Part shown: one piece after another, positions 1-10,680 of the stretch
Numbering within the stretch: the first letter of the stretch is position 1
How the letters are laid out: the number at the start of each line of letters is the position of its first letter
Origin: Flavobacteriales bacterium
GTDB lineage: Bacteria; Bacteroidota; Bacteroidia; Flavobacteriales_D; Crocinitomicaceae
Length of the DNA: 48,822 nucleotides
Assembly (NCBI GenBank): GCA_046081745.1
Contig: JBJTWL010000093.1
Coordinates: 1 to 48,822, forward strand
Direction of reading: 5' to 3'
Position numbers and translations under genes: made by a program
Notes under the pieces: generated by a model
What the model was told of the DNA's origin: nothing
Seen by the model: the letters and a program-made list of their open reading frames with translations, nothing else
Databases searched by the model: none

Positions 1-304
1 AGATCATTAGTCCCCGTGAGTTCTGATATCTTATGGCCGGGGCATTATTTTCACGGCCTACGCTAAATACGCATAATGGAGTAGCAGCAATGAACGCATT
101 GTTAGAGTCGGTGTATTGCCCGAGGTAACTGTTATCTAACCGTTTCAAAAACCCTTTTTTAGCATCAGCAGCTGTTTGGCGATATCCAAAATCAATAATA
201 TCTGTGGTTATTGATTGATGAAGATTTTGGTTTAAATGGAATGCTTGCGCAAAAAATGAGAGGGGGAGTATGCAAAGAGACCAGAATACACACCTTAAAT
301 CCAT
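1..304 (-). CDS. 5' part of a putative secreted protein of unknown function (partial, runs off the left edge)
   Basis: Not in the ORF track because there is no stop in the window. The reverse-strand frame from ATG (complement of 302-304) is open for 101 codons down to position 2: MDLRCVFWSLCILPLSFFAQAFHLNQNLHQ... The hydrophobic N-terminus ending AQA looks like a Sec signal peptide. The start overlaps the cysQ 3' end by 10 nt. Confidence 0.5.
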   Translation of the reverse strand, partial: MDLRCVFWSLCILPLSFFAQAFHLNQNLHQSITTDIIDFGYRQTAADAKKGFLKRLDNSYLGQYTDSNNAFIAATPLCVFSVGRENNAPAIRYQNSRGLMI

Positions 305-1098
305 ACCAATAAATTTACATCGGAAATGGCGATAAAATGTGGATTAAGTAAATTTTCTTTATTATATGAAAGTGGTAATTTAGTTTTCACATCAAAAACT
401 CCACCACCGACACCTTCTAGAATTGCTTGTCCAGCCGCAATATCCCATTCCATGGTGGGTGCAAATCTGGGATAAATTTGAGCGTCATTCATGGAAAGAT
501 TAAAGAATTTTAAGGAGGACCCCTTTCTTGTTAATTCCGGTTTTAACCCTGCGGCACTTAGTTTATTCAAATAATCTAATAGTAATGGCGCATGGTGACT
601 ATTTGATGCAATCACGCGTATTCCGTCCCTTGAAACATTTCGATGAATGGGGGTTGGTTTTTTTCCATGCAAAAATTCTGAAAAGGTTGAATATTGCACT
701 CCAGTTGTTGGTCCCCCAACAATAAAGGCCTCGTCCATAGGGCTTGCTATTACCCCAAGCACTGCTTTCCCATCTTCGATGAGCGCAATGTTTACGGCAA
801 ATTCTCCATTTCGCTTAATAAATTCCTTGGTGCCGTCAAGCGGATCAACACACCAGCACCTTGTCCATCTTTGCCGCTTTTCGAACGGAATTTTATCTGT
901 TTCTTCGTCAATAATCGGACATCCTGAAGCAGATAATACTGTATTAATGATTTTTGAAGACTTTAAATCTGCTTCCGTTACGGGAGATCCATCTTCTTTT
1001 TGAAATGCTTGGTGTCCATTTGCATAAACTTCTCTAATGGCAAAGGAGGCCTCTATTGCTGCTTGAATGGCCAAGCGATATTCAAGCGTTAAATCCAT
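295..1098 (-). CDS. cysQ: 3'(2'),5'-bisphosphate nucleotidase, inositol monophosphatase family
   Basis: 267 aa with IMPase-fold metal-binding motifs IIDEETD, WCVDPLDGTKEF and WDIAAG. The start overlaps the scoB stop (TAATG). Confidence 0.8.
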   Translation of the reverse strand: MDLTLEYRLAIQAAIEASFAIREVYANGHQAFQKEDGSPVTEADLKSSKIINTVLSASGCPIIDEETDKIPFEKRQRWTRCWCVDPLDGTKEFIKRNGEFAVNIALIEDGKAVLGVIASPMDEAFIVGGPTTGVQYSTFSEFLHGKKPTPIHRNVSRDGIRVIASNSHHAPLLLDYLNKLSAAGLKPELTRKGSSLKFFNLSMNDAQIYPRFAPTMEWDIAAGQAILEGVGGGVFDVKTKLPLSYNKENLLNPHFIAISDVNLLVWI

Positions 1099-1754
1099 TA
1101 AATGATCATTTCTGGAACATGCGCGGGAACGATTAACTCACCGGCTGTTTTGGCAATAATTTCTTCAATGGTAACACCAGGAGCTCTTTCTAGTAAATGA
1201 AACGCACCGCCTTTAATTTCCAAAACAGCTAGTTCTGTAACCACTTTTTTCACGCATCCAACGCCGGTTAATGGAAGTGTACATGTAGGTAAAATTTTAG
1301 ATTCTCCGGCTTTATTGCTGTGCATCATGGCTACAATAATATTTTCTGCAGAGGCCACCAAATCCATGGCACCACCCATTCCTTTAACCATTTTACCTGG
1401 AATTTTCCAATTGGCAATATCTCCATGTTGGGAAACTTCCATTGCGCCTAACACGGTCAGTTGAACATGTTGTCCACGAATCATGGCAAATGACGTAGCA
1501 GAATCGAAAAATGCAGCTCCAGGATTTACCGTTATGGTTTGTTTTCCGGCATTAATTAAATCAGCATCTTCTTCCCCTTCAAATGGAAATGGACCCATGC
1601 CTAATACCCCGTTTTCGGATTGAAACTCTACATTCATACCTTTAGGAACATAGTTTGCTACTAAGGTTGGAATTCCAATTCCTAAATTGACATACCATCC
1701 GTCTTTTAATTCTTGGGCGATTCGTTTTGCAATACCGACTTTATCCAATGCCAT
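1098..1754 (-). CDS. scoB: 3-oxoacid (succinyl-CoA:acetoacetate) CoA-transferase subunit B
   Basis: 218 aa. Carries the family I CoA-transferase beta-subunit signature with the catalytic Glu motif EFQSENGVLGMGP. Confidence 0.9.
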   Translation of the reverse strand: MALDKVGIAKRIAQELKDGWYVNLGIGIPTLVANYVPKGMNVEFQSENGVLGMGPFPFEGEEDADLINAGKQTITVNPGAAFFDSATSFAMIRGQHVQLTVLGAMEVSQHGDIANWKIPGKMVKGMGGAMDLVASAENIIVAMMHSNKAGESKILPTCTLPLTGVGCVKKVVTELAVLEIKGGAFHLLERAPGVTIEEIIAKTAGELIVPAHVPEMII

Positions 1755-1755
1755 A

Positions 1756-2454
1756 TCAATCTCGTTTTCTTACGGTTCGTTGTTCAATGCGTTTTTCAAA
1801 AACCTGACCTTGAAAAATGCGCTGTACAAAAATACCAGGGGTATGAATAAAATTTGGATCTAAACTTCCAGCAGGCACTAATTCTTCAACTTCAGCAATA
1901 GTGACTTTACCAGCCATTGCCATCATTGGATTGAAATTCATGGCGGTTGCTTTAAACACTAAATTGCCCTCGGTATCTCCTTTCCAAGCTTTAACAATAG
2001 CAAAATCTGCGGTTAGGGCAGACTCTAGAATATGTGGCTTTCCATTAAAAACGCGTACTTCTTTTCCTTTGGCTACTTCTGTCCCATATCCTGCCGGAGT
2101 AAAGAAAGCGGGTATTCCCGCCCCTCCAGCACGGCAACGTTCTGCTAAAGAACCTTGAGGAATTAAGTCCACTTCAAGTTCTCCTGAAAGCATTTGTCGT
2201 TCAAACTCATCGTTTTCACCGACATAGGATGAAATCATTTTTTTGATTTGTTTGCGCTGTAAGAGTAACCCAAGGCCGTAATCATCAACTCCTGCATTAT
2301 TAGAGATACAGGTTAAGTTTTTGGTGCCTTTATTTACAAGCTCCTTGATGGAGTTTTCTGGGATGCCGCATAACCCGAATCCTCCAAGCATAATGGTCAT
2401 TCCGTCTTCAATCCCTGTAAGTGCTTCACGCACATTGTTTACAACTTTATTCAT
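1756..2454 (-). CDS. scoA: 3-oxoacid CoA-transferase subunit A
   Basis: Alpha-subunit-like sequence ([33 protein letters not shown]...). I place the start at the ATG at 2454 (Met43 of the track ORF). The 42-codon upstream extension would overlap the PBP1A 3' end and has no family-like sequence. Confidence 0.85.
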   Translation of the reverse strand: MNKVVNNVREALTGIEDGMTIMLGGFGLCGIPENSIKELVNKGTKNLTCISNNAGVDDYGLGLLLQRKQIKKMISSYVGENDEFERQMLSGELEVDLIPQGSLAERCRAGGAGIPAFFTPAGYGTEVAKGKEVRVFNGKPHILESALTADFAIVKAWKGDTEGNLVFKATAMNFNPMMAMAGKVTIAEVEELVPAGSLDPNFIHTPGIFVQRIFQGQVFEKRIEQRTVRKRD

Positions 2455-2455
2455 A

Positions 2456-4927
2456 TTAGATACCTTCTTCAAATGGAACATCTGTTTCATCGGCACCCTC
2501 AGGGTCGGCGGCCTCTGTACAGTCATAGGTTTTTGGGTCGTAATCCGGCGGCTCCGGAAAGTCTTCTGAGGACAAGGCAAGGATGTGGTCTTTATAGGCT
2601 TGTTGCATATAATATCCGTAAATAGGAAGGGCCATTCGAGCTCCCTGACCCCAATTCATTGATTTGAACCGAACAGATCGGTCTTCAGCGCCTACCCAAA
2701 CTCCAGTAACTAAATCTGGCGTTATCCCAATAAACCAACCGTCGGAATTATTTTGAGTAGTTCCTGTTTTTCCTGCGGTAACCGGAATTGGTCCATATTT
2801 GCCACTTCTTAGGCTTCCACCTGTTCCTTGGGTTATTACCAACTTCATCATTTTAAGAATTTCATAGGAAACCGTTGAGTTTAATGCTTGATCGGTGTGG
2901 GGCGTTGCTGAATAAATCACTTTTCCATTTCTATCTTCTATGCGCTCAATGGTAGTAGGTCTTACATATACGCCGTTATTTGGGAAGATACATTGTGCAG
3001 CAACCAACCTAAATAAGGAGATATCCATACTACCTAAACACATGGAAGGAACCACATCATTTGGATTTAAATTAATTTCTGTCTTTTTCAGCAGTTTTTC
3101 AATTTGGTAGGGGCCACCTGTTTTGTTCATCGGATTAAAGGGCCCCATTTTAGCCATAACGGCTACTGTTGTTGGGTTGGATGAAAGAGCAAGGCCCATT
3201 TTCACATTTCTTGCCACGTCTCCTTTAGGACAGTATTGTCCTACCACTTTATTATTTGGGTCTACCAAATCAACGCAATATTCACCGGACGAAAAAGAGG
3301 TGCAGGGATTAACTACTTTCATAGACAGGGCCGCTGCGTATACAAATGGTTTAATGGTTGAGCCCACCTGCCGTGTGCCTTGACGAACATGATCGTAGGA
3401 GAAATGCTTAAAATTAACGCCGCCCACCCAGGCGCGTACAAAACCCGTTTGTGGTTCCACGCTCACGAGTCCGGCATGCAAGAATGCCTTGTAATAGCGA
3501 ATGGAGTCATTTGGAGTCATTACAGTATCGACTTCTCCCCTCCAAGAAAAAACCCGCATTTGTGCAGGAGCATTGAAGGCATTTGATATTTCATTTTCTG
3601 AATATCCTGCGGCAATCATGTTTTTGTATCTTCCTGAATTTTTTCTAGCAGAATTCATGATTTCATTCACAACGTCTGTAGAAATTTCATTTGAGAACGG
3701 ATAGTTTTTTAATCCTCGATTGTTTGAATTAAATGCGGGTTGTAGGGATTCTTTGATGTGTTTTTCAACGGCCAGTTCCGCATATTTTTGAAGCCTAGTA
3801 TTTAAGGTAGTGTATATTTTCAAACCATCTCTGTAGATGTCGTATGGTTGCCCATCTTCTCGAACATATTTAAGCGTCCCGTCTTCGTTTTTCTTCAATA
3901 AAATATCAGTAACCTCTTGCCGCAGCGCTTCCCGAAAATAAGGGGCCATCCCTTCTTTGTGGTCAACAGATTGATAATTAACAACGACAGGTTTTTTGAT
4001 GAGTTCATCGTATTCTTCTCGGGTTAATTTGTGTGAAATCGCATCGTTGTTTTTCGTGCTATTTCTAAGCCACTGATATAGGACTTGATTTCTTCTTGTC
4101 AATGCCCGAAGGGAATCTTTTGCACGAGCCTCGTTAATTTTTTCAATCGAAACATTGCTAATGGCCACCCCGTCTTCTTGAGCAATAACTCGTCGATAGT
4201 TTTTGATTTTGTAGGTGTAGGGGTTATACAGTGCCGGATTTTTACACATTCCAATAAGCATAGCGGCCTCTTCTTTTTTCAATTCTTTTGGCCGTTTATT
4301 GAAATAGACTTTTGCCGCATTTTCGATACCGACGGCATTATATAGAAAATCAAATTGATTAAGGTACATCGTAATAATTTCTTCTTTGGTATATCTTGAT
4401 TCAAGACGAGTTGCAATGATGTTTTCTCTAGCTTTTTCGTTTAATCTTCGAAATTTACCAATAATACCTCCGCGATTTGAAAGCAAAGACTCGCCGTTAG
4501 CTCTTGCTATCTCTTCTCGTTGGCGCTGTTGTAGTGTAAATAACAATTTCGCAAGCTGTTGTGAGATGGTAGATGCACCACCTGAACGACCAAGCGACCC
4601 AAAAGAACGGGCAATGGAACGGAAATCAACCCCAGAATGCTCCATAAAGCGCTCGTCTTCTGTTGCAATAAGGGCATCAAAAACAAAGGGCGAAATATTT
4701 TTATAAGCGGCACTTGTTCGGTTTACTTGCCAATATCTGCCGATGGTGTCTCCTGTTTGACCAAGAATTAGTGAGGCCTGTAACTCTGGAGGATTATCGA
4801 GCATAGAGATTGGTGGTAGGTCGTCTTCCGACTGTAAAACCAACAATCCAAAAACCAATAGGAAAGGCAATAATGAAAACCCCCAAAAGATTCGGGTAAA
4901 TTTTTTCTTTTGTTCTTCTGTCAACAT
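2456..4927 (-). CDS. mrcA: class A penicillin-binding protein (bifunctional glycosyltransferase/transpeptidase, PBP1A type)
   Basis: 823 aa with an N-terminal TM helix. GT51 motifs are present ([25 protein letters not shown]), as are transpeptidase motifs STIKP and KTGTT. Confidence 0.9.
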   Translation of the reverse strand: MLTEEQKKKFTRIFWGFSLLPFLLVFGLLVLQSEDDLPPISMLDNPPELQASLILGQTGDTIGRYWQVNRTSAAYKNISPFVFDALIATEDERFMEHSGVDFRSIARSFGSLGRSGGASTISQQLAKLLFTLQQRQREEIARANGESLLSNRGGIIGKFRRLNEKARENIIATRLESRYTKEEIITMYLNQFDFLYNAVGIENAAKVYFNKRPKELKKEEAAMLIGMCKNPALYNPYTYKIKNYRRVIAQEDGVAISNVSIEKINEARAKDSLRALTRRNQVLYQWLRNSTKNNDAISHKLTREEYDELIKKPVVVNYQSVDHKEGMAPYFREALRQEVTDILLKKNEDGTLKYVREDGQPYDIYRDGLKIYTTLNTRLQKYAELAVEKHIKESLQPAFNSNNRGLKNYPFSNEISTDVVNEIMNSARKNSGRYKNMIAAGYSENEISNAFNAPAQMRVFSWRGEVDTVMTPNDSIRYYKAFLHAGLVSVEPQTGFVRAWVGGVNFKHFSYDHVRQGTRQVGSTIKPFVYAAALSMKVVNPCTSFSSGEYCVDLVDPNNKVVGQYCPKGDVARNVKMGLALSSNPTTVAVMAKMGPFNPMNKTGGPYQIEKLLKKTEINLNPNDVVPSMCLGSMDISLFRLVAAQCIFPNNGVYVRPTTIERIEDRNGKVIYSATPHTDQALNSTVSYEILKMMKLVITQGTGGSLRSGKYGPIPVTAGKTGTTQNNSDGWFIGITPDLVTGVWVGAEDRSVRFKSMNWGQGARMALPIYGYYMQQAYKDHILALSSEDFPEPPDYDPKTYDCTEAADPEGADETDVPFEEGI

Positions 4928-4947
4928 AGTTACCTCAAAATTAACAT

Positions 4948-6339
4948 TTATCTAAGTACATCTCGTCGTTGGCTATCGAGTTTTAGGAGTATGAACAACA
5001 TAATTGTGAATGCCATCATGGAAGACCCTCCATAGCTCATAAAGGGCAAGGGAATTCCAATTACGGGTGCAAAACCAATGTTCATTCCGATATTGATAGC
5101 AAAGTGATAGAACAAGACCATCCCCACACAATAGGCATAAACCCTAAAAAAAACAGACCGTTGCCTTTCTGCAATGGAGAAAATCCTAAACAAAATAAAC
5201 AGATAAAGACTTAAAAGTACGACATTCCCTAAAAACCCCCATTCTTCTGCAAATGGGCAGAAAATAAAATCGGTTTCGCTTTCAGGAACATGGTTGGTTC
5301 GCATACTGGAAACAGAGGCTTTTCGATAGCCTTTGCCAATAAACTTACCACTACCTACTGCGGCCATGGCCCTGTTCCGGTTATAATCTGCGCCATTTGG
5401 GTCTTCCTTAAGCCCTAAAACCAATTCAATTCTGCTTTTTTGATGTGGGGCGGCGACGTTATTAAAAATGAACGTTATACTACTCACCAAAAAAAGGGAG
5501 AACAGATAACTACTGATTAATACGATTAGGTTTTTCGTTTTATTTCGTGGATAGCCAAAAAACAAAATAAACCCCAAGAACAAAAGGGCAATTAATGTAA
5601 TGATTACGATCAAAAAAAGTGGCCCAGAAAGTTCAATATTAAAAGGATGAAAAGTACTGCTGGAAAGGAACAGGCTTAAAAAAGCGAGTATTAATAAGAA
5701 AAAGAAAAACGGTACAAAGTGTGTTCCAAGCCAAGTGTTTTTAAATTTTAGTCTTGGAAAATACCGTAAAACAGATAACACAAGCGGATCGAAGCTAATG
5801 CCCTCACGATATAGCACAAAAAAGAAGGAGGTAAATACAAGTAGTGTTCCCGCATCGGGTTGAAGGGCGACCAAAATACAAGGTAGTAATACAATACCCA
5901 AGGTCTCCGAAATTGAACGAGTATTTTGAAGTTTAATGTTGGTTTCATCTACCCATTTAGCCAGCATCAGTGCGGTTGAAATTTTGGCAAACTCAGCAGG
6001 CTGAATTCCCAGTCCCCCGATTCCTAACCAGGCTCTTGCACCGTGTACAGGGGGCATAAACAAAACAACAACCAATAACAATAAGGTTACGATGTAAATA
6101 TACTCGGCAAATTTCCGATAAATGTCGGCCTCAATGAGCAGGATAAGAAAACCGAGGAAGAGAGAAGCACCAAGCCATAGAATTTGCTTACCATACTTTT
6201 GACTGGTATCAAAAAGAGAGGGGTGTTCGGGGTTATAGGCCACAGAATAAACGGTCATTATGCCAAACAGCATCAGTAATAATATCCCAATTAATAAAGG
6301 GAAATCAACCCGCGATATGACTCCTTTTGTTTCACGCAT
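4948..6339 (-). CDS. rodA: SEDS-family peptidoglycan polymerase RodA (rod shape-determining protein)
   Basis: 463 aa polytopic membrane protein directly downstream of mrdA. SEDS-like C-terminal region (TDFIFCPFAEEWGFLG, PLPFMSYGGSSM). Confidence 0.85.
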   Translation of the reverse strand: MRETKGVISRVDFPLLIGILLLMLFGIMTVYSVAYNPEHPSLFDTSQKYGKQILWLGASLFLGFLILLIEADIYRKFAEYIYIVTLLLLVVVLFMPPVHGARAWLGIGGLGIQPAEFAKISTALMLAKWVDETNIKLQNTRSISETLGIVLLPCILVALQPDAGTLLVFTSFFFVLYREGISFDPLVLSVLRYFPRLKFKNTWLGTHFVPFFFFLLILAFLSLFLSSSTFHPFNIELSGPLFLIVIITLIALLFLGFILFFGYPRNKTKNLIVLISSYLFSLFLVSSITFIFNNVAAPHQKSRIELVLGLKEDPNGADYNRNRAMAAVGSGKFIGKGYRKASVSSMRTNHVPESETDFIFCPFAEEWGFLGNVVLLSLYLFILFRIFSIAERQRSVFFRVYAYCVGMVLFYHFAINIGMNIGFAPVIGIPLPFMSYGGSSMMAFTIMLFILLKLDSQRRDVLR

Positions 6340-6340
6340 A

Positions 6341-8209
6341 TTAATAACTCGACATTAGATTGGCATTTTTAATCGCGTTTTCTTTTTCTTTATTCGTTAT
6401 CTTTTTGTTTAAATATTTATCCATCATTAATCCTGCGATTGGCGCAGCCCAAGCCCCTCCGGCTCCGGCATTTTCTACAAACACGGCTAAGGCAATTTTT
6501 GGGTTTTCAAGCGGTGCAAACGCGATAAATACCGAGTGATTTTTTTTATTTTTTCCATTTTGAACGGTTCCGGTTTTACCGCAAACGGTGAAGTTCTCAA
6601 TTTTAGCCTCCTTCCCTGTTCCCCCAGCCTCATATACAACGCGCCTCATGCCCTCAACTACGGCATCAAAATGTTTGCGATCAATCGGCGTAACATGTTT
6701 TGTTTTATACTTTTTCAATTTCCCCTTTTTTCCGATTGATTTTACAAAGTGTGGGGTATAGTACCAACCGCGATTTGCCATAATTACAGCAATATTCGCC
6801 ATTTGGATGGGGGTTAATTTAATTTCTCCTTGGCCAATTGAAATTGAACGAATGGTTGAAAATGCCCATTGTCGGTGACCTAAATAGCGGTCGTAGTATG
6901 CGGAGTTTGGTATGAGGCCATTTCGCTGAGCTAAGGTGTCAATATCAACGCCAAGCTTGTTTCCTAATCCAAAAGCCATCATATATTTATGCCAATTGTT
7001 CAGTCCAATTTCTGCATCCTCAAATACATTTTTCTTTTTATTTGGCTGAATAACACGACGTACTGCAGCATAAAAATAAGGATTGCATGAAAACTGTACG
7101 GCTTTTGCAACCGAGGAGGGCGAGGGGTGGTCGTGGCACCCAACGACAGATTTATTGCAAGGGAACCCAGTATTAGGCGTAATTTCTTGTTCTTGAAGAC
7201 AAATTAAAGCTTGTAGCAATTTAAAGATGGATCCTGGAGGGTATTCTGCTTGTAATGGACGAGCAAATAAGGGCAAATTTTCATCAGTAATCAGTGCGGG
7301 GTAATTTTTCCTAATACTTTTTCTTCCAGACAATAAGTTTGGATCGTAACACGGTGCTGAAACCATGGTGAGAATTTCACCCGTTTTAGGTTCAATCGCA
7401 ACAATACACCCTTTTTTATTCTTCATTAATTCTTCACCGTATTGTTGTAGCTTGATGTCGATTCCGAGTTTTATTTTCGGCGAGGGAATTGCAACCGTAT
7501 CGTATTTCTTATCGGCGTAGGGTTCAATCTCATTATTCGTAGCACTTGTTACAATATATCGAACACCCTTTTTTCCTCTTAATACGTGTTCATAGGATCG
7601 TTCTAGCCCTGACCGCCCAACATTCATCCCCGGTCTATAGAATGGGTCGGTTTCAATTTCTTTTCTTCCAACTTCATTCATGTATCCCAGGATGTTTGCT
7701 CCGTTGGGATAAGGATAAAATCGAGTTCCGGTCGGTTCTTCATAAAACCCCGGAAAATCAGTTAATTTCGAGGCAATAAGGGTTACCTCTTCTAAGGTGA
7801 GGTCTTTAACGAATGGATAAGGGCGGTCTTTTCTGTAATTAGATTGTGTTTTCCCAGTAGATGGATTCTTATAGACGCCTTCGTTTTTTACAATTTCTTT
7901 AAAACGGGTTTTAACTTTTTTAATATCCCAACCGATGAGTTTGGCAAATGCGGCCGTATCGAGCGTTTTTATTCGCTCCTCAATCATCATTAAGTTGTAC
8001 GAGATTTTATTGATTACAATTTTTCGATTTTTACGGTCTACCAATACGCCGCGTGGGGGGATTATTTCTCGGCGCTTTTCCGCAATTTCGGTGGCTCTTC
8101 GCGTCCATGAGTCATCAATTACTTGCATATAAAACAATCGTGTTAAAAACAATACTCCGGTTAGGAGCACTAATGCATATAGCAAGTATTTACGATTGTC
8201 AAGATTCAT
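6341..8209 (-). CDS. mrdA: penicillin-binding protein 2 (elongasome transpeptidase)
   Basis: 622 aa with an N-terminal TM helix, an SxxK motif (GSIFK) and KTGT (CGKTGTVQ). Sits between mreD and rodA. Confidence 0.9.
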   Translation of the reverse strand: MNLDNRKYLLYALVLLTGVLFLTRLFYMQVIDDSWTRRATEIAEKRREIIPPRGVLVDRKNRKIVINKISYNLMMIEERIKTLDTAAFAKLIGWDIKKVKTRFKEIVKNEGVYKNPSTGKTQSNYRKDRPYPFVKDLTLEEVTLIASKLTDFPGFYEEPTGTRFYPYPNGANILGYMNEVGRKEIETDPFYRPGMNVGRSGLERSYEHVLRGKKGVRYIVTSATNNEIEPYADKKYDTVAIPSPKIKLGIDIKLQQYGEELMKNKKGCIVAIEPKTGEILTMVSAPCYDPNLLSGRKSIRKNYPALITDENLPLFARPLQAEYPPGSIFKLLQALICLQEQEITPNTGFPCNKSVVGCHDHPSPSSVAKAVQFSCNPYFYAAVRRVIQPNKKKNVFEDAEIGLNNWHKYMMAFGLGNKLGVDIDTLAQRNGLIPNSAYYDRYLGHRQWAFSTIRSISIGQGEIKLTPIQMANIAVIMANRGWYYTPHFVKSIGKKGKLKKYKTKHVTPIDRKHFDAVVEGMRRVVYEAGGTGKEAKIENFTVCGKTGTVQNGKNKKNHSVFIAFAPLENPKIALAVFVENAGAGGAWAAPIAGLMMDKYLNKKITNKEKENAIKNANLMSSY

Positions 8210-8721
8210 TACTTTCTTCGTTCATTAAAAAAGATAAACTGTGAAATTCCAATGGCTGCGGAAGAAGCAAGAACGGACATGAATAAATTTCTAAGAATCA
8301 ACAAGAGCTCAGAGAATCGAAAGATCTCCCAAATGAAATACCACAGCAAACTGCTGACGAAAAGAATACCAAAAACCACTAGAAACCAATCCCATCCCAT
8401 ATCACTTGCGGTCGGAGTTTTAAGGGGGTCATATCCTTCACGTGGCCGAAATGCTTCAAAAACAACGGGTCTTAGGTAGGCAAAAAGAACTAATGATGAA
8501 GCGTTTAATCCATAGGTGTTCGAAAACGCGTCAACAGATATACCTAATAAAAACCCGAGCCCCATAAGTCCAAATACATTGGTATCAAAGGGTAGAATCA
8601 TCAAAAATAAGGGTAATATAAAAATTTGAGCCCCAAAGCCGATTTCTAGTCGGTTGAAAATGAACACTTGTAAGCAGAAAAACAAGCCAAAAAGGGCGCT
8701 GTAGGTGATGATGTTCTTCAT
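8209..8721 (-). CDS. mreD: rod shape-determining protein MreD
   Basis: 170 aa small polytopic membrane protein immediately after mreC. Its stop overlaps the mrdA start (TAATG). Assigned mainly from position and topology. Confidence 0.7.
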   Translation of the reverse strand: MKNIITYSALFGLFFCLQVFIFNRLEIGFGAQIFILPLFLMILPFDTNVFGLMGLGFLLGISVDAFSNTYGLNASSLVLFAYLRPVVFEAFRPREGYDPLKTPTASDMGWDWFLVVFGILFVSSLLWYFIWEIFRFSELLLILRNLFMSVLASSAAIGISQFIFFNERRK

Positions 8722-8722
8722 G

Positions 8723-9559
8723 TTATTCTGGGTCTTCGGGAATTTCTAATTGCAACGATTGAAGTTCCTTCTGCAATAATGATTTGACCACATAAACGGA
8801 TTGTAGGGTTCTATAATCCTCACTAAATAGCACTTCGATTTTCCACAAGGCTTGGTCTTCAACCCGTGATTTAGAAACAATGGTTCCAACCTTTAATCCT
8901 TTAGGAAAAATACCTGAAGCACCAAGGGTATAAACACCCTTCTTTCTACGGATATTTAAATCACTTGAAACACCCGTTACAATACCTATTCTTGGGTTAT
9001 AACCATCCCACTTTAGTAATCCTTGTGGACCTGCTTTCCCCACAATTACATCAAGGTTAATGTCTTGGGTAAGTACGGATTTAACGAGGGAAAAATGTTC
9101 GCCTACTTTAAATACAATGCCAACCACGCCATTGGGAGAGATTACCCCCATGTCTTTTTTGATGCCCTGGAGGGCCCCAACATTTATAGTAAAGTAATTA
9201 TTTCTTCTAGCGCTGGAAGCATGTATTATTTCTGCAGGGATAAACTCGTATTCTTGCTCGTAAACAGTGTCTTTAATCCGATGGGTAGGGCGCTCATGTT
9301 TGTAATAATTCACAAACACACGTTTTCTTAATTGTGAATTTTCAAACCGAAGTTTGCGGTTGTTTTCTTCTAAGTAAAAGTGATTGGTTAGCCCCCCCTC
9401 CCATTTTTGAATTCGACCATTAACCCTCGAGGCAGTTGAAAGAAAGACGCTTTTCGGATAAGTTACAAATTGAACATACAAGAACAGGCAAATTACTTGA
9501 AGGGCGGTAAAAAAAATGAACACCCGAAATCGTCTTAAAAAAGCGAATAAATTCTGCAT
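8723..9559 (-). CDS. mreC: rod shape-determining protein MreC
   Basis: 278 aa with an N-terminal TM helix, a coiled-coil-like segment and a beta-rich C-terminal domain. Located between mreB and mreD. Confidence 0.8.
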   Translation of the reverse strand: MQNLFAFLRRFRVFIFFTALQVICLFLYVQFVTYPKSVFLSTASRVNGRIQKWEGGLTNHFYLEENNRKLRFENSQLRKRVFVNYYKHERPTHRIKDTVYEQEYEFIPAEIIHASSARRNNYFTINVGALQGIKKDMGVISPNGVVGIVFKVGEHFSLVKSVLTQDINLDVIVGKAGPQGLLKWDGYNPRIGIVTGVSSDLNIRRKKGVYTLGASGIFPKGLKVGTIVSKSRVEDQALWKIEVLFSEDYRTLQSVYVVKSLLQKELQSLQLEIPEDPE

Positions 9560-9596
9560 GTTTTATTAACCTAACTCTTCGTCTATTGCGTAATGC

Positions 9597-10622
9597 TTAG
9601 TCGCGAATTAAGAATTGATATTTATCAATATTTTTAAGCGCAATACTAGTTCCAAGGGCTACTGCTCTTAAGGGATTTTCAGCAATATGAACCGGAAGCT
9701 TCGTTTTGTCGGCAATTCGTTTATCTAAGCCCCTTAACATGGAACCTCCTCCCGCTAGATAAATACCGGTTTTATAAATATCGGCACTCAATTCCGGCGG
9801 CGTTGCAGCAAGAGCACTTAAAATAGCCTCTTCTATTTTTGCAATGGTTTTATCAAGGGCGGAAGCTACTTCATCATGTGTGATTAATATTTCTCTTGGA
9901 ATACCAGACATTAAATCTCGACCACGAACTGCATAAGGTGCGGGTGGTTCATCGAGATCTTGTATGGCCGCGCCAACCTCTATTTTTATTTGTTCTGCCG
10001 TACGTTCTCCAACTAAAATGTTGTGTTGACGCCGCATATATTCTTCAATTTCATTAGTGAAATCATCCCCCGCAATACGGATAGACTTGTCCGCAACAAT
10101 TCCTCCCAATGCAATAACCGCAATTTCAGAAGTCCCGCCGCCGATATCAATAATCATATTACCCATTGGCTCTTCCACATCAATCCCAATTCCGATGGCT
10201 GCTGCCATGGGCTCATGAATGAGATACACTTCCTTGGCGCCAGCATGTTCCGCCGAATCGCGAACAGCACGTTTTTCAACTTCCGTAATTCCTGAAGGAA
10301 TGCAAATTACCATGCGCAAGGTGGGTCTGAATAAGGTTCTTCCTGGGTTGATCATTTTAATCATCCCTCGAATCATTTGTTCGGCACTTTGGAAGTCAGC
10401 AATTACCCCATCCTTCAACGGACGAACAGTTTCTATAAGTCGGTGGGTCTTCCCATGCATTTGTTGGGCCTTTCTCCCGATGGCGACAACCTGACCCGTT
10501 TGAATGTCTTTTGCAACGATTGATGGTTCGTCTACTACGACCTTATCGTTCCAAATGATAAGCGTGTTTGCTGTTCCCAAATCAATCGCAATTTCTTGCG
10601 TTAAAAAGCTAAATAAACCCAT
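9597..10622 (-). CDS. mreB: rod shape-determining actin homologue MreB
   Basis: 341 aa with actin-fold ATPase motifs AIDLGTANT and IIDIGGGTSEIAV. Confidence 0.95.
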   Translation of the reverse strand: MGLFSFLTQEIAIDLGTANTLIIWNDKVVVDEPSIVAKDIQTGQVVAIGRKAQQMHGKTHRLIETVRPLKDGVIADFQSAEQMIRGMIKMINPGRTLFRPTLRMVICIPSGITEVEKRAVRDSAEHAGAKEVYLIHEPMAAAIGIGIDVEEPMGNMIIDIGGGTSEIAVIALGGIVADKSIRIAGDDFTNEIEEYMRRQHNILVGERTAEQIKIEVGAAIQDLDEPPAPYAVRGRDLMSGIPREILITHDEVASALDKTIAKIEEAILSALAATPPELSADIYKTGIYLAGGGSMLRGLDKRIADKTKLPVHIAENPLRAVALGTSIALKNIDKYQFLIRD

Positions 10623-10680
10623 GTGTTTGTATTCGTATTAAAACAGTTTCGAAGGTAGGTAAAAAGTTTCAAAAGAAAAA

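Noticed and set aside
647-1003. Long antisense ORFs inside well-supported genes: 647-1003(+), 13047-13444(-), 13781-14110(-), 22027-22356(+), 25234-25548(+), 28514-28891(+), 29604-30023(+), 31339-31659(-) and 42892-43191(+).
   Set aside because: Each lies entirely within, and opposite to, a gene with clear family motifs. They have low-complexity or Ser/Leu/Arg-rich translations typical of shadow frames, and none has an upstream TAnnTTTG box. I saw no evidence for overlapping genes.
2455-2580. The 42-codon N-terminal extension of scoA in the ORF track ([12 protein letters not shown]...), overlapping the 3' end of the PBP1A gene.
   Set aside because: The family-typical N-terminus begins at Met43 ([14 protein letters not shown]), whose ATG sits 1 nt after the PBP1A stop. 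The extension is basic and low-complexity, and is most simply an artefact of longest-ORF calling.
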